Shown here one piece after another: positions 1 to 12,200 of a stretch of 64,000 bases of DNA. The DNA comes from a virus. Lineage: Duplodnaviria > Caudoviricetes. Made by a program: the position numbers and the translations under genes. The stretch spans positions 35,392-99,391 of the IMG/VR virus record IMGVR_UViG_3300013383_000024. The stretch is one strand, 5' to 3'. A model generated the notes under the pieces. The model searched no databases. It was not told the origin of the DNA and saw only the letters and a program-made list of their open reading frames with translations. Position 1 is the first letter of the stretch, and every line of letters begins with the position of its first letter.

Positions 1-2
1 CT

Positions 3-824
3 ATCGCAAACGTTGAGACTTCGCGATACACAAACATCATCGGCGAAGTCGAGACTAAGTCGGTTTTTAACCGACACAATAAGCGCAAATACCTGACGAG
101 TACACTTTACGACTCCTCTCCTCTTGAGTTTGATATTGAGATTGTTGCTGAGGAGCCGTTAGACCCACACGAAATGCGTGAGCTTGAAAAGTGGCTCTTC
201 AATCAAAAAAGATATCGCGCTCTCTACGTCGATATGGACGATATAAAGTATGAGGGCTTGGACACTGTAAACAATCAGGCCATCGGAGAGTATCTCAACT
301 GCATCTTCCTCAATGCCAAAAAGATTGAGGGCAACGGCGGTATTATGGGGTGGAGCTGCACTATCCAGTGTGACTGCCCTATGGCTTGGCAGGATAAAAC
401 CAAAATCGTGTTTAGTACCGAAAGCACTCCGCGCACCGGTGAGGAGGGGTATACATTCCCCATACCTACCGACGGTACAAATCAAAGAATCGTAGAGGTA
501 ATAGTCGATACAGACATCAACGATTACACCTACCCTACTGTTACGCTGGACATAGTAAGCAACTCAGATACCTCCGTTGTAAATTTAAGCGATTCCGCTA
601 CGCGCCGTACTGAGTTCGTTCAGTTCAGCAACTCGTCGTCCGTATCTACCATCATAATGGATGGAGAACTAAACCAGTTAAGCGGTGCAGGTTCTGCCGG
701 AGATTATTACAGTGCCTTTTCAGAACGGAACTTCATTCGATTAAAGGATGGTCTGAATAAGATCGCCCTTTCCGAGAACATAGAATATATTTCATTTGAA
801 TGGCAGAACATGAGGTGGTTATAA
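3..824 (+). CDS. Distal tail (Dit-like) protein, 5'-truncated
   Basis: The frame of ORF 174..824 is open back to base 3. It has a 'CDCPMAW' (Dit-like CxxPxA) motif and an 'RLKDGLNKI' C-terminus, and lies directly before the tail spike gene. Confidence 0.65.
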   Translation: MANVETSRYTNIIGEVETKSVFNRHNKRKYLTSTLYDSSPLEFDIEIVAEEPLDPHEMRELEKWLFNQKRYRALYVDMDDIKYEGLDTVNNQAIGEYLNCIFLNAKKIEGNGGIMGWSCTIQCDCPMAWQDKTKIVFSTESTPRTGEEGYTFPIPTDGTNQRIVEVIVDTDINDYTYPTVTLDIVSNSDTSVVNLSDSATRRTEFVQFSNSSSVSTIIMDGELNQLSGAGSAGDYYSAFSERNFIRLKDGLNKIALSENIEYISFEWQNMRWL

Positions 825-3800
825 ATGATAGCAAGATTTGATAGCTTTAATCGTTATGAGACGCCCACTATCATGCTCTGCGGCGCAGACAGTGAATACA
901 AGAATGGCGTTGTCACCAGTGTGCTCGGATATCTCACTGATATATCCGACGAGGAGCTGGTATTGAATTTCAGCACCACTTCCGAGCTCAATTTCCGTGC
1001 ATACCGAATAGTGCGAGACGACGATGGCAGCAACGCCACAATGCTTGATTTGTATGACAAGCTCAAGAATCGTCGTCTGCTATTCGTTGAAGATGTTGGT
1101 TACTTTGCCATAACAAACATCGATGAACAGTTCTCAGACGGAATGTCGTACAAGGACATAACCGCCACTTCGTGCGAGGTCGAGTTTGAAAATCGCAAGG
1201 TTCCCTTTATCGGTAAGACTATCGAAAGTGAGGATGAAGACGGGAAAACAGAAGTAGACTATACTTATGCGTTTACCGACTTGCTTGACTTGCTGGTCGG
1301 CAGTGTTCCGAAGTGGACTTATGATATCAATGACATTGACACCGCCGTCATAAACAAGTCTCGAACTTTTGAAGATGTCGATGACGATGAGAACATCCTT
1401 GCGTTTATGCAAAAGGAAGTTCAAGAAGCATATGAGTGCATATTTGACTTCGACATTATAAATCGCATGGTTTCGGTTTATGACCAAAACGACTTCGCTA
1501 AAGAAACAAATATTCATCTGACGAAGGATGACCTGATCACAGAGCTGGATATTACGGAGAACTCAGACGATCTCTATACTGCACTGACGGTATTCGGAGA
1601 CTCCGATGATATCACCATTAACGGTGTTAACCCTTTAGGAACAAATGCGATATACAATTTTGACTACTACCTCCCTTGGATGTCCTCTGCTTTGCGCTCC
1701 AAGCTTGAGTCGTGGAAAGAGGACGTCAAGGCTGGAGAGAAAGTAATTCAAGAGAAGGCTTCAGACTATGTGACCAAGAAGCAGGCATACCTTGACCAGC
1801 AGCTTGAAATAGAGCGTCTGGATCAACTTATACAGCTTTACTCAAAAGCTGAGTCTAATATACGTGTTGCGCTAATGAGCGTCCCGGCTAAGGCTGAGGG
1901 TAGCGAGGATGTCGAGCAGGCTAAGACCGATAAAGCCAAAGAGATAATTTCTGAATATAACAAAGAGATTACTCGTATTTTCGGTGAAGATCGTCCTGAG
2001 TATAGGATTGACGACACAATTATAGATATTGAGAACAACAGTATAAGTATTCCTAAGGAGCAGGCCGAGGCAGACCTTGCTGAGGCTAAGTCTCAACTCG
2101 ACAGTCTCAAATCCGAGGTCGATGTGTACGACGATGAGTTCAATGCATTAGCGAAACAGCTAAAGCTCCAAACGTATCTTGGCGACGATCTTTTCATCGA
2201 ACTGGCCAACTATGTTTATGAGGGCAGTTATAGCGATCCGTACATAACCGTTACCGACAAGATGACTCAGGCTGAGATATTCGATCAATCCCTGACGCTG
2301 TACAATAGAGCAAAGGCTCAGCTAAGTAAAATCTCTGCACCAACACAGAAGTTCGATGTCGACACCGAGAGTTTTATTTTCGCTAAAGAGTTTTTACCGT
2401 GGAGTGAGCAGCTCAATACCGGCACATGTGTGAACGTAGAGCTTGAAGAGGGTGACATTGCTTCTCTGTTTTTAACTACGATTACGGTCAATTTCTATGA
2501 TAAGACTCTTAAGCTCACGTTCGGTAATCGCCTTAAGCGCAATGACCCCAAAGCTTTGTATGAGGACATTCTGGGCAATGTTCGTAAGACGGCTAATTCG
2601 CTCAGCTTTTTAAACGAGGTAGTCTCCCCTGTTAGAGTCGGCTTGCTTGATGACTTCGCACTTCAGCTCCAAAACTCTCGTAACCTGACTATGCGCAATG
2701 CGCTTGCAGCAGACAATCAGAGTTTTTCGATGGACAATTTCGGCATCACCGGCAGCTCTCTTAATGACGAGGGAGGCCTCGGACCGTATCAAATAAAAAT
2801 CACCAATGAGTCCATCGTCTTTACAACGGACGGATGGAAGACTTGCAGTACTGCCTTGGGTAGATTCTTCTATACAGACCCCGAGGACGGCAAGGATAAG
2901 AGCTCTTATGGCGTTAACGCAGAAGTTGTTGCGGGCGCAAAGATATTGGGTGCATACATCCTCGGCGGAGACATTGAAGGCACGGCTATCCATGGCGCTA
3001 CCATTTGGGGAACTGACATATACGCAAGTGCAGCTGATCCCCGCGAGCTGTCCGAAGAAGAGCAAAAGAAGCTTGCCTACATGAAGTACAATACAGCTAC
3101 CAAGCGAGGCGAAATATACGGCTTTACTGTTTCCGGTGGTACGATTTACGGAGCAGATATATATGCTACAGATACCGATCCTACCGGGCTGAGCGCCTCC
3201 GAGAAAGCAAAGCTCGCATATATGAAGTACAATGCCAAGGACAAAACCGGCGAAATCCATGGTTTTAAGATTACCGGTGGCAGTCTGAATATTAAAGACA
3301 ATTTTATTGTTGACGCTAACGGTAACCTTACGTTGAACGGCAATATCACATGGGGTACCGATAGCGGTAGTCTTATCTGCGCGTTATATGGCAGATCGAA
3401 TTACTCCAAACCGACAAGGGAATATTCATCATACCCCACCTCGTCATCGAGTGGTTGGCATACAGAGCTTAATACTTATTATGACTATTACGCTTCTTAC
3501 TCATATAACGGCGGCAACACTTGGACTGACGCTATAAAGATACATGGTGAAGACGGTACCGATGGTGTTGACGGCTCTGACGGCAGACCGGGCAGAGATG
3601 GTGTTGACGGTTCTGATGCAACTGTAACCCGCAGTGCCATAGCTGAGGCTCTTCTTGCCAAGAATGATGCGTTAAATTTGGGTGATGGTATATACTCAGA
3701 AACAGTGGATGGGCAACCTCGTATCCTCCTCAATGCGACCGCTATAAAGGCGGGTGCAATTAATGCTGATTTGATTGAAGTAGCCGGTTCGAAAGTTATT

Positions 3801-4523
3801 TTAAATGGTAGTTATATTAAGTTTTATGACAATTCCGATGATAGATATGTACAAATAAATGAGAACGGCATTATGCTGCAAATTAAAAGCGAAGACGACC
3901 ACATGGTAAAACAGGGACGTATAATCGGTATGACCGGTCAAGATACCCATGGCAACATTTCTGATGGCATTGCGATGGTAAATAGTCTTGATTATACGAA
4001 TCATTATATAATTGCAACTACAATGGGTACTAGAATGCAGTCAACGAACAGCAAGGTTGTTGCCGCCGGTGATGGAGCCGCAATATCTGCTAATGGTAAT
4101 GCGATATCAATATTTGTTAATACTTCTGGGTGTCACTCCTCACATACAATAGCAGTCGGTTCGGATAGACGCATGAAAGCCAATATCGATTATAATTACG
4201 ATAAATACTCAGACTTCTTTATGGCACTCAAGCCCGCTTCGTATACATACAGGACTATGTCCAACGATAAAACCCATACCGGCTTTATAGCTCAGGACGT
4301 AGAAGAAGCCTTAAAAAACTCCGGACTGCTTCCTGCTGATTTTGCGGGCCTATCAATCCCCTCGTCCCCGGATGAGGAGTTTTCCCTTGAAGACTGTTCT
4401 TCCGAAAACTCCTATATGCTTGCCTACTCCGAGTTTACCTCACTCAACACATACATGATACAGAAGTTATACAGTCGCGTTGAGGCTCTTGAAAAAGAGC
4501 TCGCCGAGCTACGCGGCGCTTGA
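825..4523 (+). CDS. Tail spike / Tal-like protein with coiled coil, short collagen-like repeat and C-terminal peptidase S74 intramolecular chaperone
   Basis: C-terminal SDRRMKANI...TGFIAQDVE...YSEFTSLNTYMIQKL is an S74 signature. It also has a GxDGxDG stretch and an internal tandem duplication (KLAYMKYN twice). Confidence 0.8.
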   Translation: MIARFDSFNRYETPTIMLCGADSEYKNGVVTSVLGYLTDISDEELVLNFSTTSELNFRAYRIVRDDDGSNATMLDLYDKLKNRRLLFVEDVGYFAITNIDEQFSDGMSYKDITATSCEVEFENRKVPFIGKTIESEDEDGKTEVDYTYAFTDLLDLLVGSVPKWTYDINDIDTAVINKSRTFEDVDDDENILAFMQKEVQEAYECIFDFDIINRMVSVYDQNDFAKETNIHLTKDDLITELDITENSDDLYTALTVFGDSDDITINGVNPLGTNAIYNFDYYLPWMSSALRSKLESWKEDVKAGEKVIQEKASDYVTKKQAYLDQQLEIERLDQLIQLYSKAESNIRVALMSVPAKAEGSEDVEQAKTDKAKEIISEYNKEITRIFGEDRPEYRIDDTIIDIENNSISIPKEQAEADLAEAKSQLDSLKSEVDVYDDEFNALAKQLKLQTYLGDDLFIELANYVYEGSYSDPYITVTDKMTQAEIFDQSLTLYNRAKAQLSKISAPTQKFDVDTESFIFAKEFLPWSEQLNTGTCVNVELEEGDIASLFLTTITVNFYDKTLKLTFGNRLKRNDPKALYEDILGNVRKTANSLSFLNEVVSPVRVGLLDDFALQLQNSRNLTMRNALAADNQSFSMDNFGITGSSLNDEGGLGPYQIKITNESIVFTTDGWKTCSTALGRFFYTDPEDGKDKSSYGVNAEVVAGAKILGAYILGGDIEGTAIHGATIWGTDIYASAADPRELSEEEQKKLAYMKYNTATKRGEIYGFTVSGGTIYGADIYATDTDPTGLSASEKAKLAYMKYNAKDKTGEIHGFKITGGSLNIKDNFIVDANGNLTLNGNITWGTDSGSLICALYGRSNYSKPTREYSSYPTSSSSGWHTELNTYYDYYASYSYNGGNTWTDAIKIHGEDGTDGVDGSDGRPGRDGVDGSDATVTRSAIAEALLAKNDALNLGDGIYSETVDGQPRILLNATAIKAGAINADLIEVAGSKVILNGSYIKFYDNSDDRYVQINENGIMLQIKSEDDHMVKQGRIIGMTGQDTHGNISDGIAMVNSLDYTNHYIIATTMGTRMQSTNSKVVAAGDGAAISANGNAISIFVNTSGCHSSHTIAVGSDRRMKANIDYNYDKYSDFFMALKPASYTYRTMSNDKTHTGFIAQDVEEALKNSGLLPADFAGLSIPSSPDEEFSLEDCSSENSYMLAYSEFTSLNTYMIQKLYSRVEALEKELAELRGA

Positions 4524-4539
4524 ATGAAAGGATAAAATT

Positions 4540-4923
4540 ATGACACTAAAACAATATACGAGAGCTTATATGGCGCTCAACACTTTAATGGATAAGGAAT
4601 GTGACTTCAGAACTGCATATGCGCTGTCCAAACTCCATGCTAAGTTAAAGCCGAGCGTGGAGTTTTTTATTAAGAAAGAGCAGGAACTCATCAATGAATT
4701 CACTGATAAAGATAGTGCCGGTGCTGTGATAACATCCGGCAGCAGACAGTTTTTATTTGCTAAAGACAAAGACCCCGCTGAGTTTACAAGGCTCCATAAT
4801 GACCTTGAGAATGTTGAGGTTGATGAGGATATTGTAAAAGAGCGCATTAAGGCTCCCGAGTCCATATCTGCGTCCAATTTGATGGCGCTTGAAGCATTTC
4901 TAGATTTTACTTTTGATGATTGA
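4540..4923 (+). CDS. Hypothetical tail-module protein
   Basis: AAAGGA RBS; lies within the tail operon. Confidence 0.6.
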   Translation: MTLKQYTRAYMALNTLMDKECDFRTAYALSKLHAKLKPSVEFFIKKEQELINEFTDKDSAGAVITSGSRQFLFAKDKDPAEFTRLHNDLENVEVDEDIVKERIKAPESISASNLMALEAFLDFTFDD

Positions 4924-5360
4924 TCGACGGAGAGGTGATACAAACGAGTAAGGTTAAGTTTGAATTAAATGTACTTCCGTCGATAGAAATGTACGGAGGC
5001 GATACTACCCCGTGGGAGATAACCCTTGTTCGTAAAGACGGAAGTAAGGTTTCTTATTACGGAACCGGTGAAAGCTGCAAGGCTACAATAAAGCTTGCAC
5101 CTTTAAACAATATCAATATGTTTGGCCACTCCCCTGTTTTGACACCGGTTCTCACTAAAGCTGCTGCTATCTCGATGATTGAAGAAAATGGCGGTACGTT
5201 AGCAACGTTCTCTTTTAAGACAGAGGACACCATAAACCTGTGGGGTAAATACATATATCAATTAGATGTCGGTTGGCCTGATGAAGGCGGCTCCGGTTCG
5301 AGAATTTATCAGGGTACGCTCACTATCATTCAGAACGTTGACCGAAGTACTGGGGGTTGA
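4920..5360 (+). CDS. BppU-like baseplate protein
   Basis: GDT motif and 'DTINLWGKYIYQLDV...QGTLTI' pattern. Confidence 0.5.
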   Translation: MIDGEVIQTSKVKFELNVLPSIEMYGGDTTPWEITLVRKDGSKVSYYGTGESCKATIKLAPLNNINMFGHSPVLTPVLTKAAAISMIEENGGTLATFSFKTEDTINLWGKYIYQLDVGWPDEGGSGSRIYQGTLTIIQNVDRSTGG

Positions 5361-5364
5361 GTGA

Positions 5365-5778
5365 ATGAACAGCTTATATTGGCGCAATAAAATCATGCGC
5401 ACTATGTACACCAATAACACAGACCCCTTCTATATCGGACTTTCTTCTCTGAAGCCCGATACGGATGCTAACAAAGCGTATGAGCCTACGGGCGGCGGTT
5501 ATAAAAGGGTCAAGGTCGGTCCGTTCACCGAGCCGGAGAACGGGCGCGTTTCTCTGAGTGACGCTGTCGAGTTTGGGCGCAGCACAGCTCCATGGTATGA
5601 GCACCCTGTCAGAGCTTGTTATTGGGTGCTGTTTGACGGAGACGGTGCAGACGCCCACATCTTATCTTATGGCGAACTGGATGAACCCAAATGTATCGAA
5701 ACTAACACTATAATCCTGATTGGCGCTCAATCAATCGTCGTCACGCTCAGCGACTATCAGGAAGCAGTAGGTGGGTAA
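5365..5778 (+). CDS. Tail/baseplate structural protein
   Basis: YIGL...EPTGGGYKR...F...W...LFD...G pattern typical of small phage tail proteins. Confidence 0.6.
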   Translation: MNSLYWRNKIMRTMYTNNTDPFYIGLSSLKPDTDANKAYEPTGGGYKRVKVGPFTEPENGRVSLSDAVEFGRSTAPWYEHPVRACYWVLFDGDGADAHILSYGELDEPKCIETNTIILIGAQSIVVTLSDYQEAVGG

Positions 5779-6208
5779 TATGCCGGGCTTTAAATTGCCG
5801 ATAGGAGTTCAGCCAAGGCGCTTATTTTGTCGTACCGCTGAAGACCTTTCGTTTTTGTGCGAAATCCCTAAGTGCATAAGCTTCCCTTGTTATGTTGAAG
5901 ATTACGGTACATATTTGCTCGTATCTTCGCAGGGACTAAAAATGGTTATTGCCACGTCCGACAGTGTTCTTACCAGCAAAGAAACCATCGCATCAACGAA
6001 GCGGCTGGGCAAAGGGCTTACTACGCTCGGGGATGTCGACAGTCTTACATTGAATGAACTTGATGGTTGTAGCTTTGACGAAATTACATTTGACACAGCA
6101 GAGTGGTTAGTTCTCACTGGCTCTGCGGCAAAGTTCGGGCGACTTCAAACGCTCGGAGATTTTGACAGATTCACCCTGGGAGAGCTTGACCGCCTCCCAT
6201 TACTATAA
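5771..6208 (+). CDS. Hypothetical protein with duplicated LGDxDxxTLxELD motif
   Basis: The motif occurs twice in the translation. Confidence 0.55.
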   Translation: MGNMPGFKLPIGVQPRRLFCRTAEDLSFLCEIPKCISFPCYVEDYGTYLLVSSQGLKMVIATSDSVLTSKETIASTKRLGKGLTTLGDVDSLTLNELDGCSFDEITFDTAEWLVLTGSAAKFGRLQTLGDFDRFTLGELDRLPLL

Positions 6209-6249
6209 AATTCGGGCGGTTTCTCCGCCTGTCCTGAAAGGAGGAGGCA

Positions 6250-9200
6250 ATGGCTCAAACAGAAAATCTTGGCCTTGTTCTGACCGAAGCCAGTGAAACT
6301 TCCATGAATTTCTTAGAGTGGCGTCAGATAATCAATGGTTCAAATGATTCAAACGTAAAGAAAATTGATGCGGCTATCGGAGAACTTCAGGATAAGTTCA
6401 GTAACTACGCTGATGGGCTTATCTACAATGCCGATACCGGTGTGTTGCAGCTCAGCAGCGGCGGAACAGCGTTAGAGGGCAATAATGCTTCCGTCACGAT
6501 AAAGCTCAGCGACTACTATACTAAATCGGAAGTTGATGAGCTTATAAAGAAGATACCCGGAGGTGGCGGCACAGTCGACCTCAGCGACTACTACACCAAG
6601 GCCGAAGCGGATTCAAAAATAAAAGAGGCAGTCGACAGTGTCCCAGAAGTTGACCTTAGTAATTATTATACCAAGTCTGCGACTGAAGCGTATGTCACTA
6701 ATGCCATGAATGACCTTGCTGGCAATTCGGCCATAGAGGATATTCATAGCCGTGCCGTTGGAGCGCTTGAGTACGATACCACCACATATGAACTTACCAC
6801 TAAGAATCTTAATGGTGAGACCATCGGAGACCCTATCGTAATCAAAGGCGGAGGTGGTGGTGGAGATTCATATGCTGTTCGACTCATAAACGGTATGCCT
6901 GCTACCATATTCACAGTTGCTTATGGCGCTCAGACTTTAATAAGTGCAACCTATAATGAGTATTACGGTACAGACCCCACCGGCAGCAGCGGCGTGTTGA
7001 CGGTCAGCTACAAGCCGTCTACCTCGGAAGACTGGACTGTATTTGCTAAACAGAATGTGCAGCACGGTGTAAGCTTCTCGCTCGACATTACAAGCCTTCT
7101 GCAGGAAGGCAAGACCATGGATATCGAGCTGAGCGTAGTCGGCGGCGAGTCGGGTCAGACAAGGACTTTAACGTACAGCATTACTGCCGTCGAAGCGACT
7201 ATTTCTGCCGTAAACTATGACCCTGCCGCCGTTTATACCGGAGATATCAACTTCCAGTATAAGTGCATGGGTCGCAATCTTAAGAAAACTGTTCACTTCC
7301 TGATAGACGGTGTTGAGTATGCACAGGCCGACATTGGCACAAGTCATAACGCAACTCTCACTCAGCAAATAAAGCTTGTGGGTAATTACTCATACGGAGC
7401 GCACTTGCTGACTGTGTATTTTGAGACTGACACCGGTGCAAAGTCTAACGAACTGAGTCTCGCCATTCTTTATAATGACGGTTCCTCCGCTGCTCCGATG
7501 ATAAGTGCGATACCCGTCACAGACGAGATAACGTATGGCGATTCGCTTGGCGTTAACTATATTGTATTTACTCCCGGACAGGAAACCACAGACGAGCTTT
7601 TAATCCGTGTGTATTCTTCCGAAGACGGAGATGAAACGGAGTATGCATCGACAGCTTTGGCAGACATTCCGAACAGTAAACAGTACACATGGCAGACAGT
7701 CAATTATCCGTCTGTCGGCACTGCATACATAGAGTTAGCCAGCGGCGAGACATCTGTAACTGTTCAGGTCTTGGTCAAGGAGATTCAGACCGAATACGAC
7801 CTGGATCCCGTAAGTACCAGCCTTGTATACAGCTACTCCGCATCGGGCCGAAGCAATAACGACAGCAACAAAGAGTTGTATGAGTATGAGTACACTACCG
7901 GCAGTGGTGTAACCACAAAAATCAAGGGCGTATTCGACGGATTCAACTGGGTCTCTAACGGTTATCTTGATGGTTCCTCTCTTACACTTAGCGGCGAGGC
8001 AAAACATACTATCAAGCTGCCTATATTCTCTACGAGTTATACGGATGACGACGGCCAGACTGTTAGCCTCGAGAGTTCCAGCGGCGCAAGTGTTACCACT
8101 AATGGCCGTACAGTTGAGATAGAATTTGAGTTAAGTAACGTTACCAATATTAATGCTCAGATCATAAAGTGTATGTCTGATGATCACGCCGGTTTTATCG
8201 TTACTCCTCAGACTTGCTACCTGTTGGCCTCTAACGGCGCAGATGCTGCTCTTGATGATACTGGCTTTATCGAGAACGAAGAGAGTATTGCCGCTGCATA
8301 TATAAAGGATAACAGTCGTATACGTCTCAGTTTTGTTATTGAACCCAAGGGGTCTGTTCAGTACGAAGATGACGGACAAACCATCACTGGGCAATGCGTC
8401 AACATCTACATCAACGGACAGTTTGCAAACTCGTTCCCCTATCCCGACAATGCCCGCTTTGGTCAGTCTGAATTTATATCTATTGGCGACAATAGCTGTA
8501 TTACAAATGTGTATGATGTTCGCATATATAATCGCGGCCTTTCCACTGCTGAGATATGCCAAAACTACAAGGCGTCTCCCATCTCGGTTCAGGATAGGAT
8601 TGCTCGTTTTGAAGACAATGATATTCTTACCGATGATGGAGATATTGACTATAACAAGGCTATAGAGAAGTATGCATGTCTGCTTATAACCGGTCCGCTG
8701 TCTCCTTATAAAGGAGCAAACGGTATAAAAACATCAGGCAAATACGAAAGCGGCGTAACACTCACCAAGCCTGACGGTAACGGTAGCTATACAGTCGAAT
8801 TCAATCTGCTTGATAAAGATTCAGATGGCGTATGGGTTAGTTCTAATAATGTACAAGGTACTTCTTCCGTCAAGTTTCCGGTTAAGAACTATAAGATTTA
8901 TTTGGCTAAGATGGTCACAGATGAGCTGGGTGCTCCGGTTAAGAAAAAGGTTAAGTACTCTCTTAAAGGGAAAGACCCTGTAACGGGTGACGACTTATCT
9001 ATTGGCGAGAGCACTCTCTGCTGGAAGGGCGACTACATGTCTTCCGATCATGCTAATACCTTTAACGCTAATCTTGCAGATACACTTTACAACGATGTTA
9101 CTGCGTCACAAGATCCTGCGCAGGGCGGTGATGCCCGTGTTCAGAATACAGTCTATGGTTTCCGCTGCTTACTATTTAGACGCGACGATATTGATAGCAA

Positions 9201-12200
9201 AATCGAATTCATTGGCGACGGTTGTTTAAACAATGATAAGGGCAATACAAAGACTTTTGGTCTTGAGTGTGATGAAGATTCCGGTAATGTTACCAAACGC
9301 CAGAAGTGGGAGTTTCTCAACAATACTGAGAGCCTTTGTTCTTTTCTCACAGATCGACTCCAAGAAGATATAGTTGCTGATACAGGCACTAAAAAGCGTG
9401 TTACGGCTGGTCTTGAATCATCTTACCCTGATCAGGGAGACCTCGAGGATGAAGGACTTACTCCTAATTATGACTATATACAGGCACTGTTCACATGGGT
9501 GTACCAGCGAGCGAACTTCTTACAGGCTTCCACTGATACGCTTGAGACACCTATAAGTTATAACGGCAGCTCTTATACCACACAGCGAGATTATCGTAAA
9601 GCCATATTTAAGAATGAATTCACACGGCATTTCGACCTTAATCATTCTCTTGTTTACTATCTCTTCTGTGAGTTTACCGCACTTTGTGATAACCGCGCTA
9701 AGAACATGTTTATGAAGAGCGAGGACGTTTTGGTAGAAAGTCTGCTCGATAAAAACGGTGCGGCATTAAATATAAACACCGTTATCGATGCTGGAACCGG
9801 CGAGGTACACGCTGACCAAATAGACTGGGAGAACTCCACTTTTGCCGTATGGTTCCCTGTGCTGTATGACCTCGACTCCTGTTTTGGCGTAGAGAACTCC
9901 GGTTATATGCAGATACCTTATTATGCAGATTGGAACTATAAGCTCAATGGCGTTCAAAAATTTAATGGCAGAGAGTCTCTTCTCTGGCTTATGTTTGAGG
10001 AAGCCTTTGCCGATGAGATAGAAGCTAAGGCAAAAGAGCTTACAGGGAGAGACAGCGGTAATGGCGGTTTGAATTACGAGTCTTTATATGATTATCATAT
10101 AAAAAACAACGCAAAACTGATGTGCCCCGCTGCTATTAACCGAGATATGGAGACCAAGTACACCGACCCGTGGATAAAAGGTTTCGTGAATTACTCGGTT
10201 GAAGGTAATCCCTTACAGCACATTTCAGACTATAAATATCTTCAGCGTGGCGATAGAACCGAACAAAAGGATGCTTTTATTTATAAGCGCTGCAATATGC
10301 TCTACAGCAAATATAGATGCGATAAGTTCCTGAATAATAATATCAACTTCCGTGTTGGTACTGATGGTGGCGTGCTCGCTGCGGACACAGGAATAACGAT
10401 AACCGCTTCGCAAGCTCTCTATCCTGCGGTTAAATATGGTGATGGTGCTGCCGCAGTAGTGTCTGCTTCTAAAACCGCCGCCGGAATACCAGTAACCATA
10501 GTTAAGCCGGGAACTACCGAGTACGACAAGGTCGGCTTCTCAGATACAGTCCGTATTGCTGGTGGTGGGTTACTGACCGACATAGGCGATATCTCTAAAT
10601 TCCGGCCTTATGAGTTACAGCTTCAGAATGCCACCGGTTTGAAAAAGCTTACTATTGGCTCTGCTGAAGATGGATATACCAACTTTCAAATTAAAGCCAT
10701 AGACACAAGTGCGTGTAAAATTCTTGATGAGTTGAATATCATGGGTTGTACAGGCATAGTCGGCAATGTCGACTTGTCTCGAAACGGACTTATTCGTAAG
10801 GTTTTTGCATCTAAGTCCGGGGCTTCCTCAATAACGCTTCCTGTTGGCGGTGTATTGGAGGAGCTGCACCTCGGGATGGTAAATGACATTGAGGTTTTGA
10901 ATCATACTGCGCTGCAAACATTCACATGCGATAGCTACTCCAAGCTTACCTCACTCAGAGTTGAGAATACTCCCAGTATTCCCGTTATGGACATTGTTAA
11001 AGAACGTCTCGCCTATCTCACCAGCGGCTTGCGTCTTGTCGGTATCAACGCTGATATTGGCGATGATCAGAGCATATTTGATTTACTGCTTAGTAACACC
11101 GCAAAGGGTAAGTACATAGATAATAATGGCACTCTGTCTGAGGACAAGGATGCCTATCCTTATATCAGCGGTACTATCACCTGCTCTAGGATAGGTTCTT
11201 ATGTTCTCGAAAATATGAATAAGGCATATCCGTATCTGACTATCAAGTACGCCACGCTTGTCAATCAGTACTCCGCCACATTCATGAACGGAGATGAAAT
11301 ATACGATGTTCAGTATATCATGCACGGCCAGTCCGCGCTCAACCCCATTACACGCTCCGTTAATCCTCTTCCCGCTCCTACAAAAGAAAGTACCGACGCA
11401 GTTGACTATACCTTCAGCGGTTGGTCGGGATCTTGGAAGAATGACAATGAAACTACGGCCATAACTTCCAACGTGATATTTAACGCGGAGTACTCAGAGA
11501 CCCCAAGAGAGTACACCGTCCGATGGCGGTACTATAAGGGCACCAACACCCAGGTATCGAAATCGGTTAAGATACTCTATGGCGAATCAGCCGAGTTTAT
11601 TGACGAAGATCTCGAAAACAACATCCCTATCAGGGCTGCGCAGAGCACAGACGATATGGGGCACTACTGGCTGTTTGACCATTGGGATAAGTCCACTGCT
11701 TGTGTCACCGGTGACATAACTGTTAACGCTGTTTTCTCTGAGGCATATCTAAACGATACTTGCACAAAATCTCTTAGTAATATGACTCCTGTAGATTTGT
11801 ATGCGCTGGTACAGGGCGGCAAGCTCGAAATGACTCGCGAAGGCAGTATGTTCAAGAATAATAACAGCTATATTTCTTGTGCCGATACGATCGATGTTAT
11901 ACTCGGCAGAGACTACGACTATGACAACATACGTAGTCTTGAGCTTGTTTCGACAGATGACCCCAAGGAATTCTCCGGCACAAGCGGAAGCTATTATCTT
12001 CCTCAAGATGGACAGGGTAAGGACGTAACACCCTTTAAGGATGGTGAGTCGTTTGTTCTTGCTGTAGACTTTGAATTCGATAAGACTGCTACCGAGAACA
12101 GAGTTCTCATGAGCTGTTTCAGTTCAAATAACGGATTCAAGCTGCAGTGTGCAAAGGTCGACAATTCATCTGTATTGAACGGATTCGTTTACGGCGGACA

